Origin: Octopus bimaculoides | Lineage: Eukaryota | Reading direction: 5' to 3' | Assembly (NCBI RefSeq): GCF_001194135.2 | Contig: NC_069005.1 | Coordinates: forward strand, 224,993-288,992 | DNA: 64,000 bases | Shown here: in pieces, positions 1-11,639 of the stretch | Layout of the letters: each line of letters begins with the position of its first letter | Numbering within the stretch: position 1 is the first letter of the stretch | Program-made: the position numbers and the translations under genes | Notes under the pieces: model-generated | Databases searched by the model: none | The model's input: the letters and a program-made list of their open reading frames with translations, nothing else | Told to the model about the DNA's origin: nothing

Positions 1-705
1 GCGCCATGTTAAATAATAGTGTTTTGTTTAAGCTGTTCAATTAAAAATAGAAGCGCAGTTAAGTGCAGCATCAACGGTTTGAAGAGACGACATCAGCGAC
101 ATTAAACTGAAAACTATTTTATCTGCATCTCACTGTTTCTCGTTTGTTGATTTTTCTGAGTTTGCCTGATTTAAATAATAATGATGTTATTTGTTTCTTA
201 GCAGTAAGAGTGGCGGTGGTGATAGTAGGGGGTGGGGTGGGGGAAAATGATGGTGGTGGTTGTGGTGGTGGTGATGGAGATGATGGATGTTGTGGTGGTG
301 GTGGCGGCTTAACCCAAGTCGACATACGATGAAAAGAAGTTCTCTCTTAGAACCTCCCGTCTGATTAATGTTATTTTGGCCAATATCATCAGATGCAGAG
401 GAACCCGATCTGCCGTTTCCGCACAACTTGACACGGAGAAAGATGGCATTGTCTTCATTATAGCACTATAAGTAATGTTTGTGGCTCTCAAAAGAGAGTT
501 GTAGAAGCACCTGTTATCATATCGCAATTTTCTATTCGATCGACATGAGGCAAACTGTATTTGATGCATTGATTAATACAATTTATTGATCAGTTATCGA
601 ATCATCTGTATTTTCTATGCAAACCTGCGTTTTACCACGATCATATGAATGGTCCCACTACCTTTGTGCGTGCGTGTGTTTGTATAATATATTATACATA
701 TATAC

Positions 706-736
<31 letters not shown>

Positions 737-870
737 CATAACTTTAAATCTTAAGGAGTTATGACTAAAGAACATTGCCTTCATTCCATTTCGGATGAGC
801 ATCAGGATTCAGTTCTCTTTTGTCAATCAAAACTCTTGGATTCGCCTGGATGCACAAGAAGCACTGTAGA

Positions 871-1102
871 CTTATTTCTTTATTGCCCACAAGGGGTTAA
901 ACATAGAGGGGACAAACAAAGACAGACAAAGGGATTAAGTCGATTACATCGACCCCAGTGATAAACTGGTACTTATTTAATCGACTCCGAAAGGATGAAA
1001 GCAAAGTCGACCTCGGCGGAATTTGAACTCAGAACCTAACGGCAGACGAAATACCGCTAGGCATTTCGCCGGGCATGCTAACGTTTCTGCCACCTCGCCG
1101 CC
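871..1102 (-). mobile_element. SINE family A, full length, tail type 1
   Basis: Minus strand begins GGCGGCGAGGTGGCAGAAACGTTAGC (A-box-like) and contains GTTCTGAGTTCAAATTCCGCC (B-box-like). Body matches about 20 other copies in the window. Ends TTTGTCCCCTCTATGTTTAACCCCTTGTGGGCAATAAAGAAATAAG. Confidence 0.92.
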
Positions 1103-1429
1103 TTAAGAGAAAGCAACATTTCGATAAAAGTAAGAATTAGAAAGCACAAAAAAAGAAAACATAGAATTGCCAATTGTGGTTGATTTCACTGTGTATAGTT
1201 TTTTTCCGAATCACTCAGTTTCGCATTTCTATTTTAAGCACCGAATCTTGAGCACATTTTTGGTTTTATTTGTTCATCCACGTAACTAGTGTACATGGTT
1301 CTATATAAGTTCATCCATAATGCTACGATATGGTGTTCAATTAAACTAATTAATGATTAGAATACTTCCTTTTTCATGCTTTTAAGGGTTACTAAGATTA
1401 ATCAAGTATTTTCTAGGTTGTGAGGTATA

Positions 1430-1640
1430 AAATCATTTGGAAACCTCTGCGCTGATGTACGCAAACTTCTTATTAGGCCGTAGGGTGTAAGGTGAGAAAG
1501 ATGTGGTTACTATTTCTAGCAAATCGAGGATCTGTCGTTTGCTTGCTGTTGTAATATTGTTTAAGTCGATAGTGTTTTTCATAAAGTTTTATGGAATAAA
1601 GTCGTAGCTTATTCAAAAGTGAGGCTGGATTAAAGTTGAT
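1430..1640 (-). mobile_element. Degenerate Penelope-like RT thumb fragment
   Basis: Minus frame reads DLNNITTASKRQILDLLEIVTTSFSPYTLRPNKKFAYISAE, resembling the PLE motif GLxITI...DFLD(V/I)TL...YxPYxKPN...YI. Stops are nearby. Confidence 0.45.
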
Positions 1641-1869
1641 CCGAAGATTTCATGATATTGTGTGATGTTTGCTTTCTCAAGTCTATTTCGCTGCTGCAAC
1701 GAACAGAATTAGCAGCAACTTGAAAACCTAGATTCAGCTCAGAAAGGATTTATTTCTTACTTGCACAAACCTCGACCCACCTATATAAAAATACGATCAA
1801 GCTAACGCAGCAGTTTGTACGTAGTCGCTTGATATGGTAGAAAGAGCAGCAAAGCTATCTGCAAAGCAC

Positions 1870-2232
1870 CATACAGCGCTTGAAAATAAGACACATGGGA
1901 TAAAGTATTCTGGATCCCTTCCAAACCTGTAAAAAGGCGATGGTTAACTCTGATCCTAGCTCCTCTACTCCATCGGAGACAGACCTTCGACGTAACAATA
2001 ACAAAAAAATGGATTTTTGATCTAGCATTCTATGATAGGGTTCCTGTCTCTGAAGAAGTGAAAATTACGCTGAAATCATGTGATACAACAATCCTATCCG
2101 CTGGTGCTGACGAAATCTCGTCTGCCGATATAATCAGAGTGTTGTTTATTTTAACACAACGTTACTACGAGATGATTTCTTCGGACGATTTACTGCAGTT
2201 TACGGCTTTGAAAGCAACGAATCCAAGTTAAG
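1870..2232 (+). mobile_element. Possible decayed LINE ORF2 linker (pre-RT region)
   Basis: Open frame ...DRVPVSEEVKITLKSCDTTILSAGADEISSADII..., weakly resembling the P-I-T-x-E-E-V...K-A/S-P-G-x-D-x-I segment upstream of LINE RT. Confidence 0.25.
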
Positions 2233-3106
2233 TTTGATGTGCAAATTAATATTCGCAATAAAAAGTTTGCTTCTGTCGCTAATAGCTAATATGTGTGTAT
2301 GTGTGTGTCTATGTCTGAGTGGATATCTTTGTTCATAATATAATTTCATGCTTAAACCGATATTATATTGAAATACAGTGGTGGCTTAGACTAAATTCCA
2401 CTTGAAATAAAAACAAAAGACCTCAAAATACATTTCAAAACAAATAGAAATCTTCATATAATTGTTTTCTCATAAAACATACAAATATAACATTTCTGAA
2501 TCCACCATATCCAACATATATAACATATGCTGACCAATATATATTTTTTCAAGTATCACTCTCATTTAGTCTTCAATATGAAGTGTGCCTGGCGGGCAGG
2601 CGGGGGTAAGCTTGTTTATAATTATATATTTGTGAGGTGTATACATACATACGCACATAGACATAAACATCCACATATATACATATAAAATATGCGATGC
2701 GGATCCCTGTGACATTTCAGAAAAAATTTTGTCTACACGCCCTTTGAACAGCTCCCCATGGATATTTAGGGTCACGTTAAGAAGCAGTGAACGGTTCCAG
2801 AATTTTTTACTCGAATCAAATATAGCACACAACTCTGAATAGATTTAAAATATCGGCATCAGTAGAATTAAGAGGACTTATTTGTGCTGGCATCGAGTCT
2901 TATTGGTTGTAATAATGAAATCAAAGCCAACGGTGATATTTTGATAGACACGTTTCAGGTTTGCGTAATATATACTTTAAGTGAGGAATTCTATGTTATT
3001 GATGCATTTCCTATTATACATTAGGCAAACCGGAAATTTACATATTAGATTATTTTAAAATATAACTGTTTGGTTTGATTTCAATATCAAAAAACATGTA
3101 TGTATG

Positions 3107-3147
<41 letters not shown>

Positions 3148-3249
3148 CTACAAGTCTTTTCATTCTCTCTCTGTTTATTTTCTCTTATTCCTTTCTGTTG
3201 AAGAAGGTAGGCTCGAAAGATAAAAGACTTTCATTTTCGCGAGCGTCAA

Positions 3250-3281
<32 letters not shown>

Positions 3282-3769
3282 CAAAATAAGCAACAGGATA
3301 CCCAGAGGTGATGCAGTGCGTCCGTTTCAAGTGGCGCCATTTCATTGAACAATGCAATCATTACATCAATTTAAATGCCGGGCTATCCTCAGCTGCATAG
3401 ATAAATAAATAAATAGAATTATTTTAATCATTCGGACATATTTGTATGATTTTACTTAAATCCTCTAAGGGGGTAAGAAGACAAACAAAATCCATGCTGT
3501 TGCCACTTCCGCTTAGAAGTTTCTAAGACATCAGGAAAAAAAAATTTTGTTTGGGTCATAGTTTGTCACTGAATTTGGTTCAGTTTAAATTTATTAGTCT
3601 TGTTTATCAAATCTTTGTATATGAAATCTAAGATTAGGGAATAGTGTCTGTTAGGAAAGGGCATGAGGGAGTTGACAGAATCATAATGGGTCTAGTCATA
3701 AAACTTGTCAAGATTATTTTGGTGTAGTGTAAAGTAACCGGCAGTAATGAAGTTGGGCAGTGGAAGACT

Positions 3770-3921
3770 TCCGATCCGCGGTTCGACAAAAGACCCATAG
3801 AATACCAGACTTATACAAAAAAAAAAATAAATAAAGTACTGGGGTCGATACATTCGACTAAAAATTCCTCACGGCGGTGCCCCAGCATGGCCGCAGTCTA
3901 ATGACTGAAACAAGATAAAGG

Positions 3922-3923
<2 letters not shown>
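3770..3923 (+). mobile_element. SINE family B, 3' part
   Basis: GTACTGGGGTCGAT...GGCGGTGCCCCAGCATGGCCGCAGTCTAATGACTGAAACAAGATAAAGGAT matches the 3' ends of the B copies at 34467, 35452 and 52337. Confidence 0.8.
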
Positions 3924-3968
<45 letters not shown>

Positions 3969-4763
3969 GAGGTGTTCATCTACATATATACAGTTGCATA
4001 CCGCCATATTTTTACTTATATATTTNNNNNNNNNNNNNNNNNNNNNNNNNNNNNNNNNNNNNNNNNNNNNNNNNNNNNNNNNNNNNNNNNNNNNNNNNNN
4101 NNNNNNNNNNNNNNNNNNNNNNNNNNNNNNNNNNNNNNNNNNNNNNNNNNNNNNNNNNNNNNNNNNNNNNNNNNNNNNNNNNNNNNNNNNNNNNNNNNNN
4201 NNNNNNNNNNNNNNNNNNNNNNNNNNNNNNNNNNNNNNNNNNNNNNNNNNNNNNNNNNNNNNNNNNNNNNNNNNNNNNNNNNNNNNNNNNNNNNNNNNNN
4301 NNNNNNNNNNNNNNNNNNNNNNNNNNNNNNNNNNNNNGGGGGGGGCGAGAATGAGAAGAAAGAGAGAGATGAGCACAAATTCAGTAGTACATGTACACAG
4401 AAACACGAAATATATACACATACAAAAATACACACACGCCCCTATTCATACACACACACACACACACACACACACATAACCTTTATGTGTGGGTTATTTT
4501 TATCTTTATTGTTTACTCAGAGTCCTTGCCTTCTGGCCGGGCCCGGATGGTTGGGAGAGTGATGTGCTTGAACCGGAGATCCTGTGCAGCAGATTGAACT
4601 TGAGTAAAGGTTTTCAGTCAACTCAAAACACAGAAACAATCAACACATAACATCGAGCTCGATGCTCTACTGCTTCCGATAGACCATTGCTTTTCCAATT
4701 GATACTTTATCGAATCCTGGAAGCGTATATGGCAAAGACAGCTGCTGCGACGCTTGAACGTAC

Positions 4764-4987
4764 ATGTCCATACAAGTATGTCCATACAAGTATGTCCATA
4801 CAAGTATGTCCATACAAGTATGTCCATACAAGTATGTCCATACAAGTATGTCCATACAAGTATGTCCATACAAGTATGTCCATACAAGTATGTCCATACA
4901 AGTATGTCCATACAAGTATGTCCATACAAGTATGTCCATACAAGTATGTCCATACAAGTATGTCCATACAAGTATGTCCATACAAGT
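4764..4987. repeat. Perfect minisatellite, 16 x 14 bp (ATGTCCATACAAGT)
   Basis: 224 bp of identical units with no spacers. Confidence 0.97.
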
Positions 4988-6254
4988 ATCTACAGGTAGA
5001 TATGTATTTGTGGGAAGTACACGTGCCCGTGTAGTTATCTCTCTCTCTCTCTCATCTCTCCCCACTCTCTCATCTCTCCCCCTCTCCCATCTCCCCTCTC
5101 TCTCTCTCTCTCTCTCTGTCCCTTGTCTTTACGTCACACTGCTTGCCATCTTAGTGTTTATTCCTAACTTAGTGTTTCGACAAATCAGAATGGGGTAAAT
5201 GGAGCAAGAACACACACGAAAACGAAAAGTATATATATATGTGTGTGTGTGTGCGTGCGCCTGTGTGTGTGTGTTTGTAAGTGTGCGGCGCGTGTGAATG
5301 TGTGTGTGTGTGTGCAGAGTGCTTCTCGTCTCGAAACAACTTGCTCTCTTCACATTTGAGTTGTTGGATGATATATGTTTCTTGTTAAGAAGGCGCTTCT
5401 TGAGAGAGACCACATGCCAGTCAAAGGAAACCTGGACAGATATCGAGGTTCTGCCTTTTGAAACGGAGCCTGTCGGCCCAGATCAATATTTTAGAAGAAA
5501 CTGTCAGTTGAGGCCAGTATTTTGACTGTTTATCGTCAAATTTATAATCAATTAAACGTATTTGACTTTCTAGTACAGTGAAATATGTCTTACATTGGTA
5601 GGAGTAGGACGGACAGACAGACAGATGAACTGTGGAGTAAATTTCTCATACTGTGATAGGGCCATAACGTTTCCAAACTCTCCCAGAATGGCGAAATTGA
5701 TTTGTTGAATGTTTAAAAGCTAATGAGCGTGCAGGAAGCCTCTGAGTGGTCGTTTGGGCTGATAACATAACAGTCAGGTTTCTCTTGAACCACAGTCTGT
5801 TCTATTCTAAAAGATGGACACCTAGGATGCAGTCTAGAATACGGTAGACGGAATTGTCTGTTTCTGTACAGTGTAGCGCCTCTGATCATAGCTCCATTCG
5901 ATTGAACTTGACCTTGGGTTAAATTACTTTCACTGCTTCTGCTACTACTGAGTCTTAATATTACTGCTGCGTCTACTACCACCACCACCACCACCACCAC
6001 CACCACTACTGTTACTACAAGCAAATTCAGAGAGGTAGATACTGTCTTGGCAACGCCTGGTTGCTTCTTGTGGAACTGGCCAATTTCTTGGAATGGATGT
6101 AGGATATTTGTGCGTCTAGCAGCCTCAGTCCTGTCCAAGTTCTATCTGCAATAGTCCAATGCTGTATAGTAATAACAATGTAGAAAGAGTTATTCAGAAA
6201 CTCATTCAGAACCGTGTTGTTAGAGTAGTGATGCAATGTTGTATAATAGTTTGT

Positions 6255-6440
6255 GCTATAGGCATAATCGATGTAATTGATGTAATCGACCCTAGTGATT
6301 GACTGGTATTTAATTTATCGATTCCGAAAGAATGAAAGGCAAAGTCGGCTACGGCAGAATTTGAACTCACAACGTAAAGGCGGCCGAAGTGCTGCTAAGC
6401 ATTTTGTCCGGCGTGCTAACGACTCTGCCAGCTCGCCGCC
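6255..6440 (-). mobile_element. SINE family A
   Basis: Ends GCTAACGACTCTGCCAGCTCGCCGCC (reverse complement of the head) and contains GAATTTGAACTC (B box). Confidence 0.88.
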
Positions 6441-6453
6441 TTCTGGTGTTGTC

Positions 6454-6511
<58 letters not shown>
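6454..6511. repeat. (AAT)n microsatellite
   Basis: About 19 perfect AAT units. Confidence 0.97.
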
Positions 6512-6512
<1 letters not shown>

Positions 6513-6729
6513 CAGACCAACACCAAAGCCGAGATGGTGGACAAGATGGGGGAGGTGTTCAAAGACCTTCCCCGGAGACACAGTTGAGGCTGTGGTGGAA
6601 GATTCTTTCATAAAGCTGTTATCTCCCACTTAGGGGTAGGTTTTGATTTTTTTTTTAATAATTTTTGGATGGGATATTGTGCTTTGTTTCCCTTTTATAA
6701 AAACTGTCATATTTAGTCCGAATACCTGG
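6511..6729 (+). mobile_element. Tc1/mariner-superfamily transposon 3' fragment (transposase C-terminus and probable terminal repeat)
   Basis: QTNTKAEMVDKMGEVFKDLPR, then (frameshifted) LEAVVE-like TTGAGGCTGTGGTGGAAG, resembles the end of DD37D/Tc1-like transposases (NTKxxL...F..LP......LEAVVEAEG). Confidence 0.45.
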
Positions 6730-7497
6730 ACAATGAATGGATTTGAACCCACAGTCCCAGTCATTGCAAGACAATGGTAAAAATTCTAAAGAAACATTCG
6801 GTATTTGATCCTATTCCGACTCTTCAGTCTGTTCATCCGTCACAGACCGTCCTTCACAACTTCTCTCTCTCTTTCTCTCTCTTTCTTGTATGTATATAGA
6901 TGCATGTATGTATGTATGTTTGAATATATGCACACAAATGCATATATTTTCATTCATTTTTAACGCCATTGTTAGAAACAGTTAACATCTACCATTGCTG
7001 AAAATAATAAAACTGATATTTTAAAAAAGTCCTTGTCAAAATTTTTTAAAAAATAGGAATTTTCATCCATAAATTTCTTTTCAGAAAATTTGCAGAAATA
7101 TTTCTTTCGTATTCTTCCTTTCCAAAACAGGCTACTTTTTTTTTAAATAAGATGTTTCCCCTCTGACTGCCTGTCTCTCCATTTATCTTTCTGTCCGTCT
7201 ATTTAACTCAGTCTATTTATCTATTTTTCAGTCTATGCATCTGTCAACTTCTTCGTCGGTTTTCTTTTCCTCCTCGGCTTCTATCAATCTTCCTAACACA
7301 CAAATGATCCAGATACATTGGTGCTTCTTCTCCATCTTAGTCCCTTCTCTCCCATCATTTCAGAAAGGTAACTGAATGATTAATTTTTAACAGCCATTTT
7401 CAAGAAATCACAAAAGGGAAGACATTGTGGTCTTCTCTCCGGGTATAGATTTTATGCACTAATATATATTGTTTATATATATACACACACACACACA

Positions 7498-7643
7498 CGA
7501 TGGGCTTCTTTCAATCCACTCACAAGGCTTTCGTCGGCCCGACGCTATTGCATAAAACACTTGCCTAACGTGCCAGGCAGTGGTACTGAACTTGGAACCA
7601 TATGGTTGGGAAGCGAGCATCTTACCACACAGTCACGCCCGCG
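7498..7643 (-). mobile_element. SINE family B, 5' half (tRNA-like head plus CORE-like body)
   Basis: Reverse complement reads CGCGGGCGTGACTGTGTGGTAAGATGCTCGCTTCCCAACCATATGGTTCCAAGTTCAGTACCACTGCCTGGCACGTTAGGCAAGTG, matching 28878 and 46500. Confidence 0.85.
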
Positions 7644-7715
7644 GTAATCTCCCGCTAGGTTTTCCTGTAATGTTCTCAATCATTTTGTCAGCCCTTGGTG
7701 GTGCATAAAGAAATT

Positions 7716-8521
7716 ATTATTATTATTATTATTATAATTTTTGTAATTAATCAAATAATTGTTCCCACCACCACCACCACCAAGATTTTACCATTATTGC
7801 CATTGTTATTACAATTATCCTTGTTCTCGTCCACACCATTATTCTCGTTTAATTTTCGACAATAGCAACAAAAGCTTATGAAATCATTTTTCTAAACGAG
7901 AGCCGCCGCTAATTTTATAGAAGTTTCTAGACCAGACACAGATATCAAGTGTGAACAGATTTCTCACCAGACACAGAAGAAAACCTTCCAAACATGACAA
8001 TATGTTCTCTTTCACACGCTTTTCTTACAAGACGATGATGTTCAGTTTTGTAAGAGAGGACATCATTATTTCATATAGAAACACTTATACGACCACCACT
8101 ACTACTACTACCACCACCACCACTACTACTACTGCTACAATTACCTCTACCAACACTACTTCTGCTACCACCACTAATAAGAATAATGACTTTTATTGGC
8201 CACAAGAGCCCAAGACAGATCAATATCAAAGGACGAGTTATTACACACAAAAGCAAAATCATTAAAACAAAAAACACAAAAATTGCTACTACAATAGTAC
8301 TACTACTACTAATAACACTATTGATACTATTACTAACACTGCTACTATTACTGCAGCTATTACTACTACTACTACGACCACCACACAAATAATGGGGTGA
8401 AGAAGGAGAAGGTGGCGGAGATGGACGAGTGTAATGCTGTTGGTGATGATAATGATAATAGTTGTGATGATGAAAATAACGACGACGAAGATAATCCTTC
8501 TCCTATAGGCACAAGGCCTGA

Positions 8522-8558
<37 letters not shown>

Positions 8559-8570
8559 GTAGTAGTAGTT
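7716..8570. repeat. Cluster of trinucleotide microsatellites (ATT, CCA, ACT, GAT, AAT, GTA)
   Basis: Consecutive triplet tracts. They produce the poly-T, poly-L, poly-I and poly-S ORFs in the track. Confidence 0.9.
8491..8523 (-). mobile_element. SINE-A 3' terminal stub (about 30 bp) embedded in (AAT)n
   Basis: ATAATCCTTCTCCTATAGGCACAAGGCCTGAAA is nearly identical to the tail at 22981 (TAATCCTTTCTACTATAGGCACAAGGCCTGAAA). Confidence 0.75.
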
Positions 8571-9246
8571 GACACGAACCGCTCACATTCTCAGGAAGTT
8601 TCCTCTCCGTCTAATGTATAAACGTGCCTTATTTAGGTCTCCAGTTGAAACCCGGTAGAAAGATGAAATGCAAATCAATCGGAAAATAATAATAATAATA
8701 ATTTCCAACAGCTGGAGAATGAGGAGCTATGACATTGGCAAAGTCTCTAAGGTATGGCTATTTGAATCGAATCGATTGAGATAATTGGTTGAAAAAGAAC
8801 AGAAGAAAAAGATACGAAACTTCACAATAATGGAACAAGAGTAAAAAGAAGAAAAATGGGAAATTTCATTGATTGAAGCCCCGGGGATTGGTCTTAATGC
8901 CAACAGAAATTCCTCTCGTTCTGTTCTCCATTACTGTGATGTGGAGAGGTTCATTCTACCAGGACATACCACTTTTACTAAATTTATTAAGCTATCGCCT
9001 CCTTTGCCACCCTAGCCTTCCTCGCCATGTCAGTCATCCATAATGTCGGTAACACTTTATCGAGATCGCCCGAGTCATTCGGTTTTCGGGTATTCTGTTT
9101 AGCACAAGAGCACACATTATTTGAACAGCTCAGAGATGAAAAGCAGAGTAGGGTGTCACCTTTGATATAATAAATAGACATCTATCCACTATATTCAATG
9201 TATTGAGTTCTATACGAGATAATGTTTGCACCATACAAATTATATT

Positions 9247-9455
9247 CATTTCTAATCTAGGCACAAGACTCGAAATTTTGGGGGAGGAGGCCAGACGATT
9301 AGATCGACCCAGCACGCAACTGGTACTTAATTTATCGACTCCGAAAGGATGAAAGGCAAAGTCGACCTTGGCGGAATTTGAACTCAAAAGTGAAGACTGA
9401 CGAAATACCGCGAAGCATTTCACCGGCGTTCTAACGTTTCTGCCAGTTCACCGCC
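9247..9455 (-). mobile_element. SINE family A, full length, tail type 2
   Basis: Head, B box and the GGCACAAG tail are all present. Confidence 0.92.
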
Positions 9456-9867
9456 TTACCCCACAAAATGTATTATTGATATACTCAACTTCTGTTATAT
9501 ATATATATATATATATATNNNNNNNNNNNNNNNNNNNNNNNNNNNNNNNNNNNNNNNNNNNNNNNNNNNNNNNNNNNNNNNNNNNNNNNNNNNNNNNNNN
9601 NNNNNNNNNNNNNNNNNNNNNNNNNNNNNNNNNNNNNNNNNNNNNNNNNNNNNNNNNNNNNNNNNNNNNNNNNNNNNNNNNNNNNNNNNNNNNNNNNNNN
9701 NNNNNNNNNNNNNNNNGAAAATATTTTTTGTGTAAAAAAAACTTTTGGCAATCGACTTACATAAAAGATGTAAATAAAATTCCTGTTTAGATCGATGAAA
9801 GATGGTTTACACGTAAAGACACTCGGAAATAAAAGCTGGCTACATTTTAAATATCATTTATACATTG

Positions 9868-9904
<37 letters not shown>

Positions 9905-10870
9905 TATATATGTGTGTGGACGTGTATGTATATATATGCACGTGTGTGTGTGTTTGTTCGTGTGTGTGTCTTTCTGCCTGTCCGTCTGTGTCAGTATGAC
10001 CCAAGGATTCCAGTGTGGGGAAATTTGTATGCTTCGCGCAGTTGGCGGTTACGAGTGTGGGCGGAAAAGTTCTCAGGCTGACTATGAAGGAGTGATGTTA
10101 GAGCTGGGAAATCTTGCATACATTAATTTCAACCCTTCTTGTTAATAACTGCATTTTTTTGTTCATTTTAACTGATATCTGACTATTGAAAGAAGACTTC
10201 AAAAGTAACCAGTTGCTATATACATAACCATCACTGTGAAAGTGACCATGCTTTACCAGTAAGCTACTAGGCGGAAACCATTCGTTTTATTCATTATAAT
10301 ATATATATNNNNNNNNNNACACATTATGTATGTGTGTGTGTGTGTGTGTGTGTGAGTGTACATAACTAATTTTCTAATGAAACAGAAGCAGTACTCAATG
10401 CCATTAATTACAGACGTTATTAATTAGTTCACAAATGAAAATCAATTGCTTTTGAGACCAGCGAAAGTCTTGTGGTTGGGAAGTAAACATGACTAGTTCC
10501 AGTTTGCAATTCAATCTGTTACATCATCATTGCTTTGTAATCCTGACCCGTTTATCACTGCACAGACTGCTTTGATGGCGATCGCCGAAGCAGTTGGGTG
10601 GATGACTCACCGGGTATACATGCTGTAAGTTCTGTCCGTGACTAAGCATTCCACTGCTGACCGCTAGTGCAGCATGTAAACTTACTTATAACAATCAATT
10701 AGACCAGGAGTTCTATAACAGCAAAGCAAGGGTCTGGCGCAAAACATATTTTTAAGTGCACGCCGAACTTGTTTACCCATAAATATATTGATTCTTATTT
10801 TTCTTATTTGTAAACTGATTTGCTATAAATATATTCTGTTATTTATGATACTGAACATTATACCAATTTC

Positions 10871-10908
<38 letters not shown>

Positions 10909-11364
10909 NNNNNNNNNNNNNNNNNNNNNNNNNNNNNNNNNNNNNNNNNNNNNNNNNNNNNNNNNNNNNNNNNNNNNNNNNNNNNNNNNNNNNNNNNNNN
11001 NNNNNNNNNNNNNNNNNNNNNNNNNNNNNNNNNNNNNNNNNNNNNNNNNNNNNNNNNNNNNNNNNNNNNNNNNNNNNNNNNNNNNNNNNNNNNNNNNNNN
11101 NNNNNNNNNNNNNNNNNNNNNNNNNNNNNNNNNNNNNNNNNNNNNNNNNNNNNNNNNNNNNNNNNNNNNNNNNNNNNNNNNNNNNNNNNNNNNNNNNNNN
11201 NNNNNNNNNNNNNNNNNNNNNNNNNNNNNNNNNNNNNNNNNNNNNNNNNNNNNNNNNNNNNNNNNNNNNNNNNNNNNNNNNNNNNNNNNNNNNNNNNNNN
11301 NNNNNNNNNNNNNNNNNNNNNNNNNNNNNNNNNNNNNNNNNNNNNNNNNNNNNNNNNNNNNNNN

Positions 11365-11480
11365 GGGTGGAATGAAAGGTCAAGTCGATTTCGACGGGAT
11401 TTGAACCCAGAACGTAAAGACGGACGAAACGCCTCTAAACATTTTGGTTGGTTCATTAACGATTCTGACAGCTCACCACC
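11365..11480 (-). mobile_element. SINE family A, 5' part (3' part lost in N gap)
   Basis: GAATGAAAGGTCAAGTCGATTTCGACGGGATTTGAACCCAGAACG...AACGATTCTGACAGCTCACCACC. Confidence 0.8.
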
Positions 11481-11514
11481 GGGGTGTGGGTGTGTGTGTG
11501 TGTGTGTGTGTGTT

Positions 11515-11610
11515 GGTCAGAAAGCCTGACGGCGTTGTTCCGGCACATGGCTTTGAATTCCAGTCCCACGAGATCAGCTTTGCGTTTCTGGGTCGATAAA
11601 ACAGTACCAA
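11515..11610 (+). mobile_element. Degenerate SINE-A-like fragment, divergent from the copy at 11365
   Basis: GAGATCAGCTTTGCGTTTCTGGGTCGATAAAACAGTACCAA resembles GAGGTCGACTTTGCCTTTC...GGGTCGATAAAATAAGTACCAG. Confidence 0.5.
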
Positions 11611-11639
11611 CCTTGGCAAAGGGCTGGCGGAACTTTTGG

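Noticed and set aside
4618-5198. Overlapping ORFs with repeated peptides (YGHTCMDILVWTYL, SIQVCPYKYVHTSM), and the possibility that the array is CRISPR-like
   Set aside because: They are translations of the 14-bp tandem repeat. There are no unique spacers or cas genes, and the context is eukaryotic.
6800-6830. Minus-strand CUGAAGA-GUC..GAU-CAAAUAC, hammerhead-like
   Set aside because: The GAAA box is broken and there is no cleavage triplet or proper stem III; it could be chance.
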